Assembly: GCA_965213675.1 (NCBI GenBank)
Contig: OZ243916.1
Coordinates: 1,920,001 to 1,984,000, forward strand
Direction of reading: 5' to 3'
DNA: 64,000 nucleotides
From: an uncultured Candidatus Binatia bacterium
GTDB lineage: Bacteria; Desulfobacterota; Binatia; UBA9968; JAJDTQ01
Position numbers and translations under genes: made by a program. The notes below the pieces were generated by a model, which was not told where the DNA came from, ran no database searches, and was given only the letters and a program-made list of their open reading frames with translations. Shown in pieces: positions 9,285 to 17,775 of this stretch (position 1 is the stretch's first letter; each line of letters begins with the position of its first letter).

Positions 9285-10070
9285 ATGGGGATCAAGGGAC
9301 TTTCGGAAGGCACCGTGCGCTTCCTGTTGGGGGCGGGGGCGGTGGCGGGCTTCTTCCTTGTGTGGGAGTTCCTGCTCACCTACGTCTTCGTCTTCAACCC
9401 ATTCTTCATCACCAAGCCGTCGCTGATGTGGGCGGCCACGGGCGACCTGATCCTGAGCGGCGAGTTGTGGAAGGACCTTTACGTCAGTGGCAGGCCCTTC
9501 GTGTACGGATTCGCCGGCGCGGTGGTGGTCGGCATTCCGCTGGGGGTGGTGATGGGATGGCGCCGCCGCGTGGCGTTCGCGCTGGACCCGTTCCTCACCG
9601 CCATGTACGCGAGCCCGCTGGTGGCGCTGGCGCCGCTGCTCATCGTGATGTTCGGCGTGGGTGTCAAGGGCAAGGCCATCCTGATCTTCCTGCTGGCGGT
9701 GTTCCCCTTCATCTTCAACGCCTTCGCTGGCGTCCGCTCCGTGGACACGCTGCTCATCAACGTGGTCCGGTCCCTGGGCGGCAAGGAGCGCGATCTCTAT
9801 CTCAAGGTCATCCTGCCGAGCACCCTCCCCTACATCGTGGCGGGCGCGCGCATCGCCATCGGCCGGGGCATCGTCGGCATCATCGTAGGCGAGTTCTACG
9901 CCGCCTCCGAAGGCATCGGCCACGCGCTCATCTGGTACGGCGACATGTACCAGCTGGCGCAGATGTTCGTATGCATCCTCGTGCTGATGATCATTGCCGT
10001 GATCTTCACCCAAGGCCTGCGCAGGGCCGAACTCGCCATCGCGCCCTGGCGCACCCGGGAGAACCGATGA
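9285..10070 (+). CDS. NitT/TauT-family ABC permease
   Basis: Hydrophobic; GVRSVD...VILPSTLPYIVAGARIA...VGEFYAASEGIG. Confidence 0.88.
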   Translation: MGIKGLSEGTVRFLLGAGAVAGFFLVWEFLLTYVFVFNPFFITKPSLMWAATGDLILSGELWKDLYVSGRPFVYGFAGAVVVGIPLGVVMGWRRRVAFALDPFLTAMYASPLVALAPLLIVMFGVGVKGKAILIFLLAVFPFIFNAFAGVRSVDTLLINVVRSLGGKERDLYLKVILPSTLPYIVAGARIAIGRGIVGIIVGEFYAASEGIGHALIWYGDMYQLAQMFVCILVLMIIAVIFTQGLRRAELAIAPWRTRENR

Positions 10071-10867
10071 ACCGCTTGCTGTCGCAGTACCGGGAGAAAG
10101 AAGAACCCATTCTGGGATGGGGCTTCATCGTGCTGTTCCTGCTGGCGTGGGAGATCCTGCCCTCGGTGGTGACGCTGCCCAAGGGACTGGCGCTGTTCTT
10201 CACCACCCCGTACCACATCGCCCTCAAGCTGTTCGAGATGACCACCTCCGGGCAGGTGGCGTTCCACTTCTACGTCAGCGCCACCGAGTTCATCGTCGGA
10301 CTCGGGCTCTCCATCGTCGTTGCGCTGCCGATGGGACTGGTCATGGGACGTTTCAACACGCTCAACGCCATGTTCGACCCCTTCGTCTCCGCCTTCAACG
10401 CCACCCCGCGCCTGGTCTTCCTGCCGCTGATCGTGCTGTGGTTCGGCTTCGGCATCTGGTCCACGGTGGTCATCGTCTTCATCGGCGCGCTGTTCCCGCT
10501 CCTCATCAACACCTACGAAGGCGTCAAGAACGTCGACCGCGTGCTCGTCAACGTCGTCCGCTCCTTCGGCGCCAACGAGTGGCAGCTCATGAAGATCGTG
10601 GTGCTGCCCAACTCCATGCCCTACATCATCGCCGGCCTCCGGCTGGCCATCGGCCGCGCCATCCTGGGCGTCGTGGTGGGAGAGTTCTTCGGCTCCGACC
10701 AAGGCGTCGGCTTCCTCATGGCCGAGGCCGCCGGCAACTACATCGTCGACGTCGTCTTCGCCGGCCTCATCCTGTTCATGAGCATCTCCCTTGTGATGAC
10801 CATGGCCGTCAAGAAGCTCGAAGAGCGGCTGAGCAAGTGGCGGCCGGAGCAGGTGAAGACGTTCTGA
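10067..10867 (+). CDS. NitT/TauT-family ABC permease (second)
   Basis: ATGA overlap with previous gene; GVKNVD...VVLPNSMPYIIAGLRLA...VVGEFFGSDQGVG. Confidence 0.88.
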   Translation: MNRLLSQYREKEEPILGWGFIVLFLLAWEILPSVVTLPKGLALFFTTPYHIALKLFEMTTSGQVAFHFYVSATEFIVGLGLSIVVALPMGLVMGRFNTLNAMFDPFVSAFNATPRLVFLPLIVLWFGFGIWSTVVIVFIGALFPLLINTYEGVKNVDRVLVNVVRSFGANEWQLMKIVVLPNSMPYIIAGLRLAIGRAILGVVVGEFFGSDQGVGFLMAEAAGNYIVDVVFAGLILFMSISLVMTMAVKKLEERLSKWRPEQVKTF

Positions 10868-10983
10868 GGGCTGGCGGTTCCGCCAGCAGAAACTTTCCGC
10901 GTTGGTGACACCCCCGGCCCATGGAACGTCCGTGACAGGATCGAGCTTGCCGCGCCGGGTGTGATCCATGGCGTTCCGAACCA

Positions 10984-11141
10984 GTGTCGGGTCCCGTAAA
11001 TTACTGCGACAAGTTGCGCAGAAATTTTTATTGTCGGCAAGGCGCGATGACGAGCAGTGGCGGTTACCACGCGAGGAAGAGCCACGCAGCCGGAGGCGAA
11101 AAGAACCGCAAATTATCGCAGGAATTTACGGGACACGACAC
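10984..11141. mobile_element. MITE-like non-coding element with ~35-bp terminal inverted repeats, copy 1
   Basis: Left end GTGTCGGGTCCCGTAAATTACTGCGACAAGTTGCG vs right end (rc) GTGTCGTGTCCCGTAAATTCCTGCGATAATTTGCG; about 90% identical by eye to inverted copy at 59060-59218. Confidence 0.8.
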
Positions 11142-11159
11142 CAGGTTCCAATGACACAA

Positions 11160-11528
11160 CTAAATGAACTTCTCCGGTGATACCTTGAACAGCGTTGCCA
11201 GCTTCCGAGCCGTCTTCAGGCTGATCGACCTCACCGCCCGTTCCATGTTTGAGACGTGCTGGCGGGGAACGTCGCCCAGCAACCTGCCCAACTGCGCCTG
11301 CGTCAACCCGTGGTTTTCCCTGTAGATTCTCAGATTTTCGCCTGGAGTCATTCGGGACTTGACTTCTCGGTACCAGTCGGTATCGAACACATCTACATAC
11401 TCATCGTCGTGCTCTTCCGAGACAACAACTTGATCGCCAAACTCTGCTTCCAAAGCGGACATCAGCCGATCCGGGATATTTCCCTTGATGCTGATCTCAA
11501 TATGGGGCGTTTTCACGACTGCCAGCAT
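11160..11528 (-). CDS. XRE/HTH antitoxin (HigA-like)
   Basis: MLAVVKTPHIEISIKG...LRIYRENHGLTQAQLGRLLG...VSNMERAVRSISLKTARKLA; overlaps toxin 3' end. Confidence 0.85.
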   Translation of the reverse strand: MLAVVKTPHIEISIKGNIPDRLMSALEAEFGDQVVVSEEHDDEYVDVFDTDWYREVKSRMTPGENLRIYRENHGLTQAQLGRLLGDVPRQHVSNMERAVRSISLKTARKLATLFKVSPEKFI

Positions 11529-11763
11529 AGTAGACCTCAATCGTCTCGGAAGCACGATTGTGACAGTACCAGCAAGCCACCCAACCGCGGTAAAGGTGGC
11601 AGTGATATGTGTCCCTTCCCAGTTTGCTGAAGTTCGGCCAATCTCCTCTGGTCGGTCCCTTGTCCCGCAAATCCTCCACAAGATTAGCGAACCGTCGTTG
11701 AACAGGTTCAGGCAGCCTTCCAATGTGCCTCAAGACCTTCCGCTTGATGACGACGTCATACAT
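11497..11763 (-). CDS. RelE/HigB-like type II toxin
   Basis: 88 aa, basic; LPEPVQ, WPNFSKLG..YHCHL...WVACW, YAGSRENAPY; toxin-first arrangement with HTH gene. Confidence 0.8.
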   Translation of the reverse strand: MYDVVIKRKVLRHIGRLPEPVQRRFANLVEDLRDKGPTRGDWPNFSKLGRDTYHCHLYRGWVACWYCHNRASETIEVYYAGSRENAPY

Positions 11764-11769
11764 GCATAA

Positions 11770-11788
11770 GTAACCTGTTTTTAGTTAC
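11770..11788. promoter_or_regulatory. Putative TA operator palindrome
   Basis: GTAAC-N9-GTTAC immediately upstream of toxin ATG. Confidence 0.5.
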
Positions 11789-11808
11789 ACTTCAAAGGCT
11801 CGGCGCTC

Positions 11809-11951
11809 TCACCCCGCGGCCTTGAAAACGTTGTCGTTCAGCCGCGCGACGACATCCTCGAGACCCTGTTTCCAACTCCCCACGGGCAAGACCTCGCCTT
11901 CCTGGGGTGACCGAAGAGTTCCGATTCCACCAGTTCGGAGGGTATGGCGGC
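11809..11951 (-). pseudogene. Remnant of sigma54-dependent activator (bEBP) AAA domain with internal deletion
   Basis: AAIPSELVESELFGH (11951-11907), then after a frameshift QEGEVLPVGS (11904-11875); the intervening GAFTGA and Walker B regions are missing. Confidence 0.7.
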
Positions 11952-12692
11952 TCAGTTCATCACCACGCCGCCGTTGACGTTCAGCGTGTAGCCGGTGATG
12001 TAGGTGTTCTGGGGGCTGACGAGGAAGTAGAAACCTTCGGCGATGTCCTCGGGCTGGCCGGTGCGGCCCATGGGGATGAGCGGTTTCCAGGCGTCGCGGG
12101 AGCCGGGGGCGGCCTTGGCGAGGACGCGCGGGGTATCGGTGGGGCCGGGGGCGACGGCGTTGACGAGGACGCCGTAGGGGGCGAGTTCCTGGGCCAGGGA
12201 TTTGGTGAAGCCGAGGACGCCGGCCTTGGCGGCCGAGTAGGGGGTGCGCAGGGCGCAGCCGGTGAGGCCGTAGTTGGATGCGGTGTTGACGATGCGGCCG
12301 CGCCGTTGCTCCATCATGCCGGGGGCCACCTCACGGCAGAAGAGGAACGTGCCCTTGAGGTTCACGTCCAGCACTTCGCGCCATTCGGCCCAGGACAGGT
12401 CCTCCACGGCTTTGGTGTGGATGGTGCCGCCGGCGAGGTTGCAGAGGATGTCGATGGGTCCGAGATCCTCGCGCACCCGCGTCACCACTTCCTGGATCTC
12501 CGCGGCTCGGGTTACATCGACGCCGTAGGCGCGCGCACGCGCGCCCGCGGCGGCCAGCTCGTCCACGACCCCTGCCGCGCTCTCGCGGTCGGCGTCGGCA
12601 ATGGCCACGGCGATGCCTTCACGGGCGAACCGCAATGCGACGCAACGGCCAATGCCGTTGGCGCCGCCGGTGATGATGGCTACTTCGCTCAA
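11952..12692 (-). CDS. SDR-family oxidoreductase (FabG-like)
   Basis: TTG start after AAAGGA; TGGANGIG, YSAAK, VNAVAPG, YITGYTLNVNGG. Confidence 0.88.
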   Translation of the reverse strand: MSEVAIITGGANGIGRCVALRFAREGIAVAIADADRESAAGVVDELAAAGARARAYGVDVTRAAEIQEVVTRVREDLGPIDILCNLAGGTIHTKAVEDLSWAEWREVLDVNLKGTFLFCREVAPGMMEQRRGRIVNTASNYGLTGCALRTPYSAAKAGVLGFTKSLAQELAPYGVLVNAVAPGPTDTPRVLAKAAPGSRDAWKPLIPMGRTGQPEDIAEGFYFLVSPQNTYITGYTLNVNGGVVMN

Positions 12693-12794
12693 TTTCGGGT
12701 TCCTTTGCCTGAGGTGGACGCCGCAGGGGCGGCCGCCGGTCGCCCTTGGTCGATCGATTCCGAAGTGACGTTGCAGCAAACGTGCTGCTGCCAG

Positions 12795-14186
12795 TCATCT
12801 GGCCTGAAGGAAATCCTCCAGGCGCACCTGACCGGCGCCCATGGGCTGCAGGCGTTCGAACTCGAAGCGCCGCGCCGGGTCGCACTCGGGCGGCTTGGTG
12901 GCGTCGATCATCACCTTGCCGCCCACCCGGTGCCAGCCGGGCGCGCCGGGCTTGCCCACCTCCTGGCACGAGGGGTCCATGGCGTGGACCTTGGCGCCCG
13001 GGATGGTGATGATGTCCTCGGCCGGGTTGACGCGCGTGGAGATGGCCCACAGCACGTCGGCGTAGTTGAAGATGTCCACATCCTCGTCCACGGCGATGGC
13101 CACCTTGGGGTGCTGGTACTCGCTGGACAGGGCGGCCATGAGCACGTTGCGCGCTTCGCCGTAGTAGCGGGCGTTCATCTGCACGACGATGCCGAAGATG
13201 CCCGGCAGCGCCAGCACGTTCTTTACTTGGGCGCCACCGCCCACGCCGCGGATGCGCCGCAGGATCTGCGCGGACATGGGCACCTTGTGGTACACGCAGC
13301 CTTCCACCTCAGCGCCGTTCTGAATGTTCTTGAAGATGGCGTCGCCGCGCATGGTGACGGCATTGACCTGGAACACCGGGTTCTGTCCCGCGCCGGCCAG
13401 GTAGTAGTCCTGGAATTCGCTGAAGGGTCCTTCCTCCTCGCGCACGTGGGGCAGAATCTCCCCTTCCAGCACCACCTCGGCCTGGGCCGGTACCTCCATG
13501 TCGAGGGTCTCGCACTTCACCATTTCCACTTCTTCCTGGAGAAGCGCCGAGGCGATGGTGAGTTCGTCCCGCCCGTAGTCCGTGGAGGTGGCGGCGGCGA
13601 AGTAGTACATGGGATGGTGGCCGATCATGAACGCCACGGGCATGCCCTCGCCCCTGGTTTCGTGTTTCTGGTAGTTGGTCCAGCCGTGGCGCGGGTAGAG
13701 CAGGATGCCCGTCTTGCGCGGGCCCTTCATCTGCAGGCGGTGGAAGCTCAGGTTGCGGTTGCCGGTGTCCGGGTCCTTGGAGATCATGAGCCCGGCGGAG
13801 ATGAAGGGGCCGCCGTCGCGGATGCCGCACTGGTGGATCGGCAGCTTCGTGATGTCCACCGCGTCGCCCTTGAGGATGCGTTCCTTGACTGGTCCCGACG
13901 GCACCAACCGGGTGGCGCCGGGCTCCTGGGTGCGCCGGACGAACTCGGGCACCATGTCATTGCGGTCGCAGCCGAAGGCCAATGGGGCGAGGCGCACGTC
14001 CCCTGGCGCCTGGCCGAGACAGCGCCAGCCCGGATACCCCGCGAGATTCTCGAACAGCAGCGCGCGTTCGCGCGACTGCCACAGAAGCGCGCCCATCTGG
14101 GTGCGCGGATCCACCGGTTTGGAGATGGTGTCGAGCACACCGGCGCCGCGCAACTGGTCGATCCAGGTGCGAATGTCTTTTTTCAT
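12795..14186 (-). CDS. UbiD-family prFMN-dependent (de)carboxylase
   Basis: RNLSFHRLQ, EVPAQAEVVLEG, EEGPFSEF, VDEDVDI, VLWAISTR, KVMIDATKP. Confidence 0.92.
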   Translation of the reverse strand: MKKDIRTWIDQLRGAGVLDTISKPVDPRTQMGALLWQSRERALLFENLAGYPGWRCLGQAPGDVRLAPLAFGCDRNDMVPEFVRRTQEPGATRLVPSGPVKERILKGDAVDITKLPIHQCGIRDGGPFISAGLMISKDPDTGNRNLSFHRLQMKGPRKTGILLYPRHGWTNYQKHETRGEGMPVAFMIGHHPMYYFAAATSTDYGRDELTIASALLQEEVEMVKCETLDMEVPAQAEVVLEGEILPHVREEEGPFSEFQDYYLAGAGQNPVFQVNAVTMRGDAIFKNIQNGAEVEGCVYHKVPMSAQILRRIRGVGGGAQVKNVLALPGIFGIVVQMNARYYGEARNVLMAALSSEYQHPKVAIAVDEDVDIFNYADVLWAISTRVNPAEDIITIPGAKVHAMDPSCQEVGKPGAPGWHRVGGKVMIDATKPPECDPARRFEFERLQPMGAGQVRLEDFLQAR

Positions 14187-14266
14187 GAACTGTCCGGTGT
14201 CGTGTCCGTTGAAGAGTCATGCCGCCCGGCGCGTGGAGCGCGCCGGACGGCAATCGAACTGGCACA

Positions 14267-15367
14267 CTATTTCTTGCGAGCCAACAGCGCGGGAATGTAC
14301 TCGTTCTTGAGGTAGTCCCATCCCGGCGAGGGCTTGAGCAGGTCGTTGGTGATCTTGTCCGCGTCCGGACCCTTGATGTAGTCCAGCTTGAGCCCGAAGA
14401 TCTTCTCCCACTCCTTCACATAGGCAGGATCGGAGTACATCTTGTCGAAGGCGGCCCGGATGATCGCCACGCGATCCGCGGGTGTCCCTGGCGGCACCAC
14501 CAGCGTACGGTTCAGAGTCCGCAGAGTGGGACCGGTCAGCTTGTACGCTTCCCATGCCGGGCCCGAGGGCGCCTCGCCCTTCACGTTCTTGTAGACCTCC
14601 TCGAAGGTCTGGATGTCGGTACCCGGAGAGCGGATGACCTTCCCGTCGGGAGTCAATACGCCACCTTGCCAGATGACGACGGCGACCCCGTCCTTGATGG
14701 ACGAGTAATACCGGCCGCCGCTGCCGAGCACGTGATGGAGCCCGGTGCCGCCGACGTAGGAAACTTCTCCGGACAGGAACGCAAGCGCCATCTGGGCGGT
14801 TCCGGGATAACCCACCGCGAACTTGTAGCCCTTGATGCCCAGCAGATCGAGCCCGATTGCGTCGTTCAGAAAGGACGACCCGGTCAGGGAACGCCCGGAA
14901 ACCGCGATCTTCGAAGGATCGATCTTGGTCAGCTCGACCCCGGTCTTGACCTTGAGAAAGTCACGGACGATGGCGGCGGAAGCGCCGCTGGTAGAATAGA
15001 TCGCCGGCATCTTCGTCAGGTCGAAGTTGGGCTTGGGCTCCCTCAGAACCGAACTGCTCAGGTGCGTCGTGCCCATGATGGACCAGGTGAGCCCGTCCTT
15101 CTTGGCCTTGTGGTGCACGTAGGCGCCGTGGATCAGACCGGAGGCGCCGGGCATGTTGATCTTCACCACCTTCGTAGGCATGCCTGGAAGATACTTGCCG
15201 ATCCGGCGGGCGATGAGCCGGCCCTCGGTGTCGTGGCCGCCGCCAGGGGAATAGCCGGAAAGGATCTGGATTCTCTTGCCCTCAGTGAAGGCCTGCGCGG
15301 AGCCATGGACAAGAGTCCCCAGCACCGCACAGGTCACGAATAACAACGACAATCTGCGTAGGGTCAT
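14267..15367 (-). CDS. TctC/Bug-like tripartite tricarboxylate transporter binding protein
   Basis: Signal peptide; GYSPGGGHDTEGR, NMPGASG, GYPGT, PPGTP. Confidence 0.85.
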   Translation of the reverse strand: MTLRRLSLLFVTCAVLGTLVHGSAQAFTEGKRIQILSGYSPGGGHDTEGRLIARRIGKYLPGMPTKVVKINMPGASGLIHGAYVHHKAKKDGLTWSIMGTTHLSSSVLREPKPNFDLTKMPAIYSTSGASAAIVRDFLKVKTGVELTKIDPSKIAVSGRSLTGSSFLNDAIGLDLLGIKGYKFAVGYPGTAQMALAFLSGEVSYVGGTGLHHVLGSGGRYYSSIKDGVAVVIWQGGVLTPDGKVIRSPGTDIQTFEEVYKNVKGEAPSGPAWEAYKLTGPTLRTLNRTLVVPPGTPADRVAIIRAAFDKMYSDPAYVKEWEKIFGLKLDYIKGPDADKITNDLLKPSPGWDYLKNEYIPALLARKK

Positions 15368-15418
15368 GGATTTCTCCCTTCTTGCTCGGGATGCGTCGCC
15401 CCTCCCCTCAACCAACAC

Positions 15419-16504
15419 CTACTTGGCGGCGACGAACTTGCGGAGATGGTCCTGCCACTCGGCAGGCGCCATGGTTTCGTCGCGGATCCTGCTCGCATCC
15501 TCAGGCGTCACGAGCACGGGCCCAAGCTCCTGGCCGAAGACCCGCTCCCAGTCCTTGACGAACCCCGGGTCCTTGGACATCTTGCCGACCGCCTCGCGCA
15601 ACTCCTGGACCCTGGATGCGGCAATGCCCGGAGGCAGCACCAGGGTACGGGTCAGATTCGAGATGCCGAGACCGATGGCGCGCCACGCTTCCCAATCCGG
15701 GCCCGAGGGCTCCTTCTTGTGGTGCGCCTTGTACACCTCATACAGCGTGGGGACATCCCCCTTTACCGTAGCGGACCGTGCGATGGTGCCATCGCCCTTG
15801 AGGATACCGCTCTGGTACATGGGGAATACGAGTTTGCGTTGATGCAGATCCACAAAGGCGCCGCCGCCCACCAGGTGCGCGTCGCTGGCCACGAAGTAGC
15901 TCGCCTCACCCCGTTCCATGGCGGCCCTGATGGGTGAGGTTCCCCCGTACGCGCACACCGCCGTGTACTCATCGACTCCCAGAAGGCGCAGGGCCAACTG
16001 GCCGCGCAGGCATGAGGAACCCTGCTTGGAGCGGCCCGCCACCACTATCTTCGAGCGGTCGACCTTGGTCAACAGATCGTTGGCGTTTCTGGCTCCGAGA
16101 AACTCCCGCGTCAAATGAACCTGGATGCCAGCTACGGACCAGATGATCGGCATCTTCAAGAGATCGTACTTGACCATCTCGGGCGGCGCGAGCACGGCCT
16201 GGAGTCCGTGGCTGCTGCCGAAAAGGCCGATTGTGGTGCCGTCGGGCTTGGCCCGGTTGTACACATAGGAGGACATGATCATGCCGCCGGCCCCGGGCAT
16301 GTTCTGGACGATGATCTTGGGGTTTCCATCCAGGTACTTCCCCAAGTACCGCGCCATGACCCGTGCCTCGATGTCGTGACCGCCCCCGGGCGGATAACCG
16401 ATGAGGATGTTAATCGTCTTGGCCTGCGCCGTGGTCGCCAACAACCCGGCGAAGAGCAACAAAAAGAACAAGGTGGACCAACTCGCCGCTTTCGATCTCG
16501 TCAT
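15419..16504 (-). CDS. TctC/Bug-like binding protein (second paralogue)
   Basis: Signal peptide; GYPPGGGHDIEAR, VQNMPGAGG, AKPDGTT. Confidence 0.85.
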   Translation of the reverse strand: MTRSKAASWSTLFFLLLFAGLLATTAQAKTINILIGYPPGGGHDIEARVMARYLGKYLDGNPKIIVQNMPGAGGMIMSSYVYNRAKPDGTTIGLFGSSHGLQAVLAPPEMVKYDLLKMPIIWSVAGIQVHLTREFLGARNANDLLTKVDRSKIVVAGRSKQGSSCLRGQLALRLLGVDEYTAVCAYGGTSPIRAAMERGEASYFVASDAHLVGGGAFVDLHQRKLVFPMYQSGILKGDGTIARSATVKGDVPTLYEVYKAHHKKEPSGPDWEAWRAIGLGISNLTRTLVLPPGIAASRVQELREAVGKMSKDPGFVKDWERVFGQELGPVLVTPEDASRIRDETMAPAEWQDHLRKFVAAK

Positions 16505-16597
16505 AATTCGTTCACCTCTCGACTCATGGAGCCATTCATTCGGGCACGCCCGCCCGCCGCATTCCGCGTTGCGTGGAAACCCGGCAACAAACGCAAA

Positions 16598-16636
16598 CGG
16601 GCTGAGGACTCCCGTACAACCGAGTTCCTCAGCCCG
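16598..16636 (-). terminator. Putative intrinsic terminator after the 133-aa gene
   Basis: Minus strand CGGGCTGAGGAACTC...GAGTCCTCAGCCCG followed by TTTGCGTTTGTT. Confidence 0.5.
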
Positions 16637-16724
16637 TCTGTCCTTGACGGCCGTCCCTGCCGGAACCGACCTGCATCAGGAGTGTCCCGGCGCGAAAACC
16701 GGGGGCGCTCCGTCCGCACCAAAC

Positions 16725-17126
16725 CTATTTCTTCTTTGGAGCTGGAATCGTCAGCTTCGCGCTGGCCAGGGTTTTCCCGTCACCGTCCACCAGCATGACC
16801 TCGTGATCGCCCGGCTTCAGCAGGCGCTTGATGGTCCGGCCCCGGATGCCCCAAGTCGTGGCGACCATGCCCTTGTCGTCGGCCTTCTCAACGGCGGGCT
16901 TTACCAGAAAGCTCACATCCGAAAGGACGCCGCCCATCATCGTCCGGATCCCCACCTCTTGGCCCGCCTTCAAGCCTTCAGCGGAGATCTTGACCTGCAG
17001 CCGGCCCTTCTTCGTATCGCCCACGTCCACCATCAGCTTGGGGCCCATTGCCATGGCGACGGTGGACAACAGGAACAACGCTCCCAAGACCGTGGCCAAA
17101 CCAACTAACCTTTTCTTCGCAACCAT
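16725..17126 (-). CDS. Hypothetical exported protein, 133 aa
   Basis: GGAGGT RBS, signal peptide ending AMA, host-like codon usage, beta-rich Lys/Met-rich mature part. Confidence 0.75.
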   Translation of the reverse strand: MVAKKRLVGLATVLGALFLLSTVAMAMGPKLMVDVGDTKKGRLQVKISAEGLKAGQEVGIRTMMGGVLSDVSFLVKPAVEKADDKGMVATTWGIRGRTIKRLLKPGDHEVMLVDGDGKTLASAKLTIPAPKKK

Positions 17127-17172
17127 ATGCTACCTCCCTTTGGTTATTTCTTCCGCTGATCCAGACGGCCTG

Positions 17173-17202
17173 TTTATACGTAAACCGCGCGGCAAATGTC
17201 AA
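17173..17202 (-). promoter_or_regulatory. Putative sigma70 promoter of the 133-aa gene
   Basis: TTGACA-18 nt-TATAAA; imperfect palindrome GTTTATACGTAAAC overlaps the -10. Confidence 0.55.
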
Positions 17203-17235
17203 GAGTCCCCGCAACCGAACTTTGACGGTCCTCTA

Positions 17236-17775
17236 TCATATCGGCACCAGGCTCGACAAGTGACGCTCCACCAGTCCGAGGATGAACGCCTGCGGGCCGT
17301 CGATCAAGCCCGGCGGCCAGGGGATGTGCAGCACCATCTCGAACACCCCGACCATGAACGCCATCATCACCACCATGTAGCTGACCGCCACCTTCCAGGA
17401 CTCGCCCGCCTGCAGCCTCAGGTAGAGGAGCAGGAAGAGCGGCACGCTCAGGATGAAGCCGATGATCCAGATGCAGGCATAGAGGCCGAAGATCCACGCG
17501 AAGATGTTCACCGCGCGCTTGATCACCACCGCCACCGGCACGCTGCGGTCCACCGGCAGGTCCATCACCCCGGCGAGATCCTCGTCCTCATTCCTGTTGC
17601 GGAAGAGGTCCAGGCCCAGTTGCAGGAAACACAGGATCATGGTGGGGATGCCGATGCTCCAGGGGAACAGCCGCGCCTGAAACTGCCACTGCTTGGCGGT
17701 CAACACCAGCCCCACCATCAGAGTGAGGATGAAGACGGTGAACAGCGCCCCGGGATTGACCAGCTTAAACTTCAT
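17236..17775 (-). CDS. TctB-family small membrane subunit
   Basis: 4-5 TM segments, ARLFP, IIGF, LHIPWPPG; directly downstream of tctA. Confidence 0.8.
   Translation of the reverse strand: MKFKLVNPGALFTVFILTLMVGLVLTAKQWQFQARLFPWSIGIPTMILCFLQLGLDLFRNRNEDEDLAGVMDLPVDRSVPVAVVIKRAVNIFAWIFGLYACIWIIGFILSVPLFLLLYLRLQAGESWKVAVSYMVVMMAFMVGVFEMVLHIPWPPGLIDGPQAFILGLVERHLSSLVPI

Noticed and set aside
10968-11180. 70-aa ORF and its 60-aa twin at 59031-59213 as a duplicated small protein
   Set aside because: Both lie in the inverted-repeat element; a 1-bp indel between copies breaks the shared frame, so the conservation is at DNA level.
11952-11954. TGA at a Cys-equivalent position as selenocysteine read-through of the SDR
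   Set aside because: The SDR C-terminus is already complete, the downstream bEBP sequence is deleted and frameshifted, and I see no convincing SECIS hairpin.
11907-14315. Long antisense or alternative-frame ORFs (e.g. 802 aa here, 855 aa at 26650, 654 aa at 33875)
   Set aside because: Shadows of real genes on the opposite strand in high-GC DNA; no recognisable motifs.
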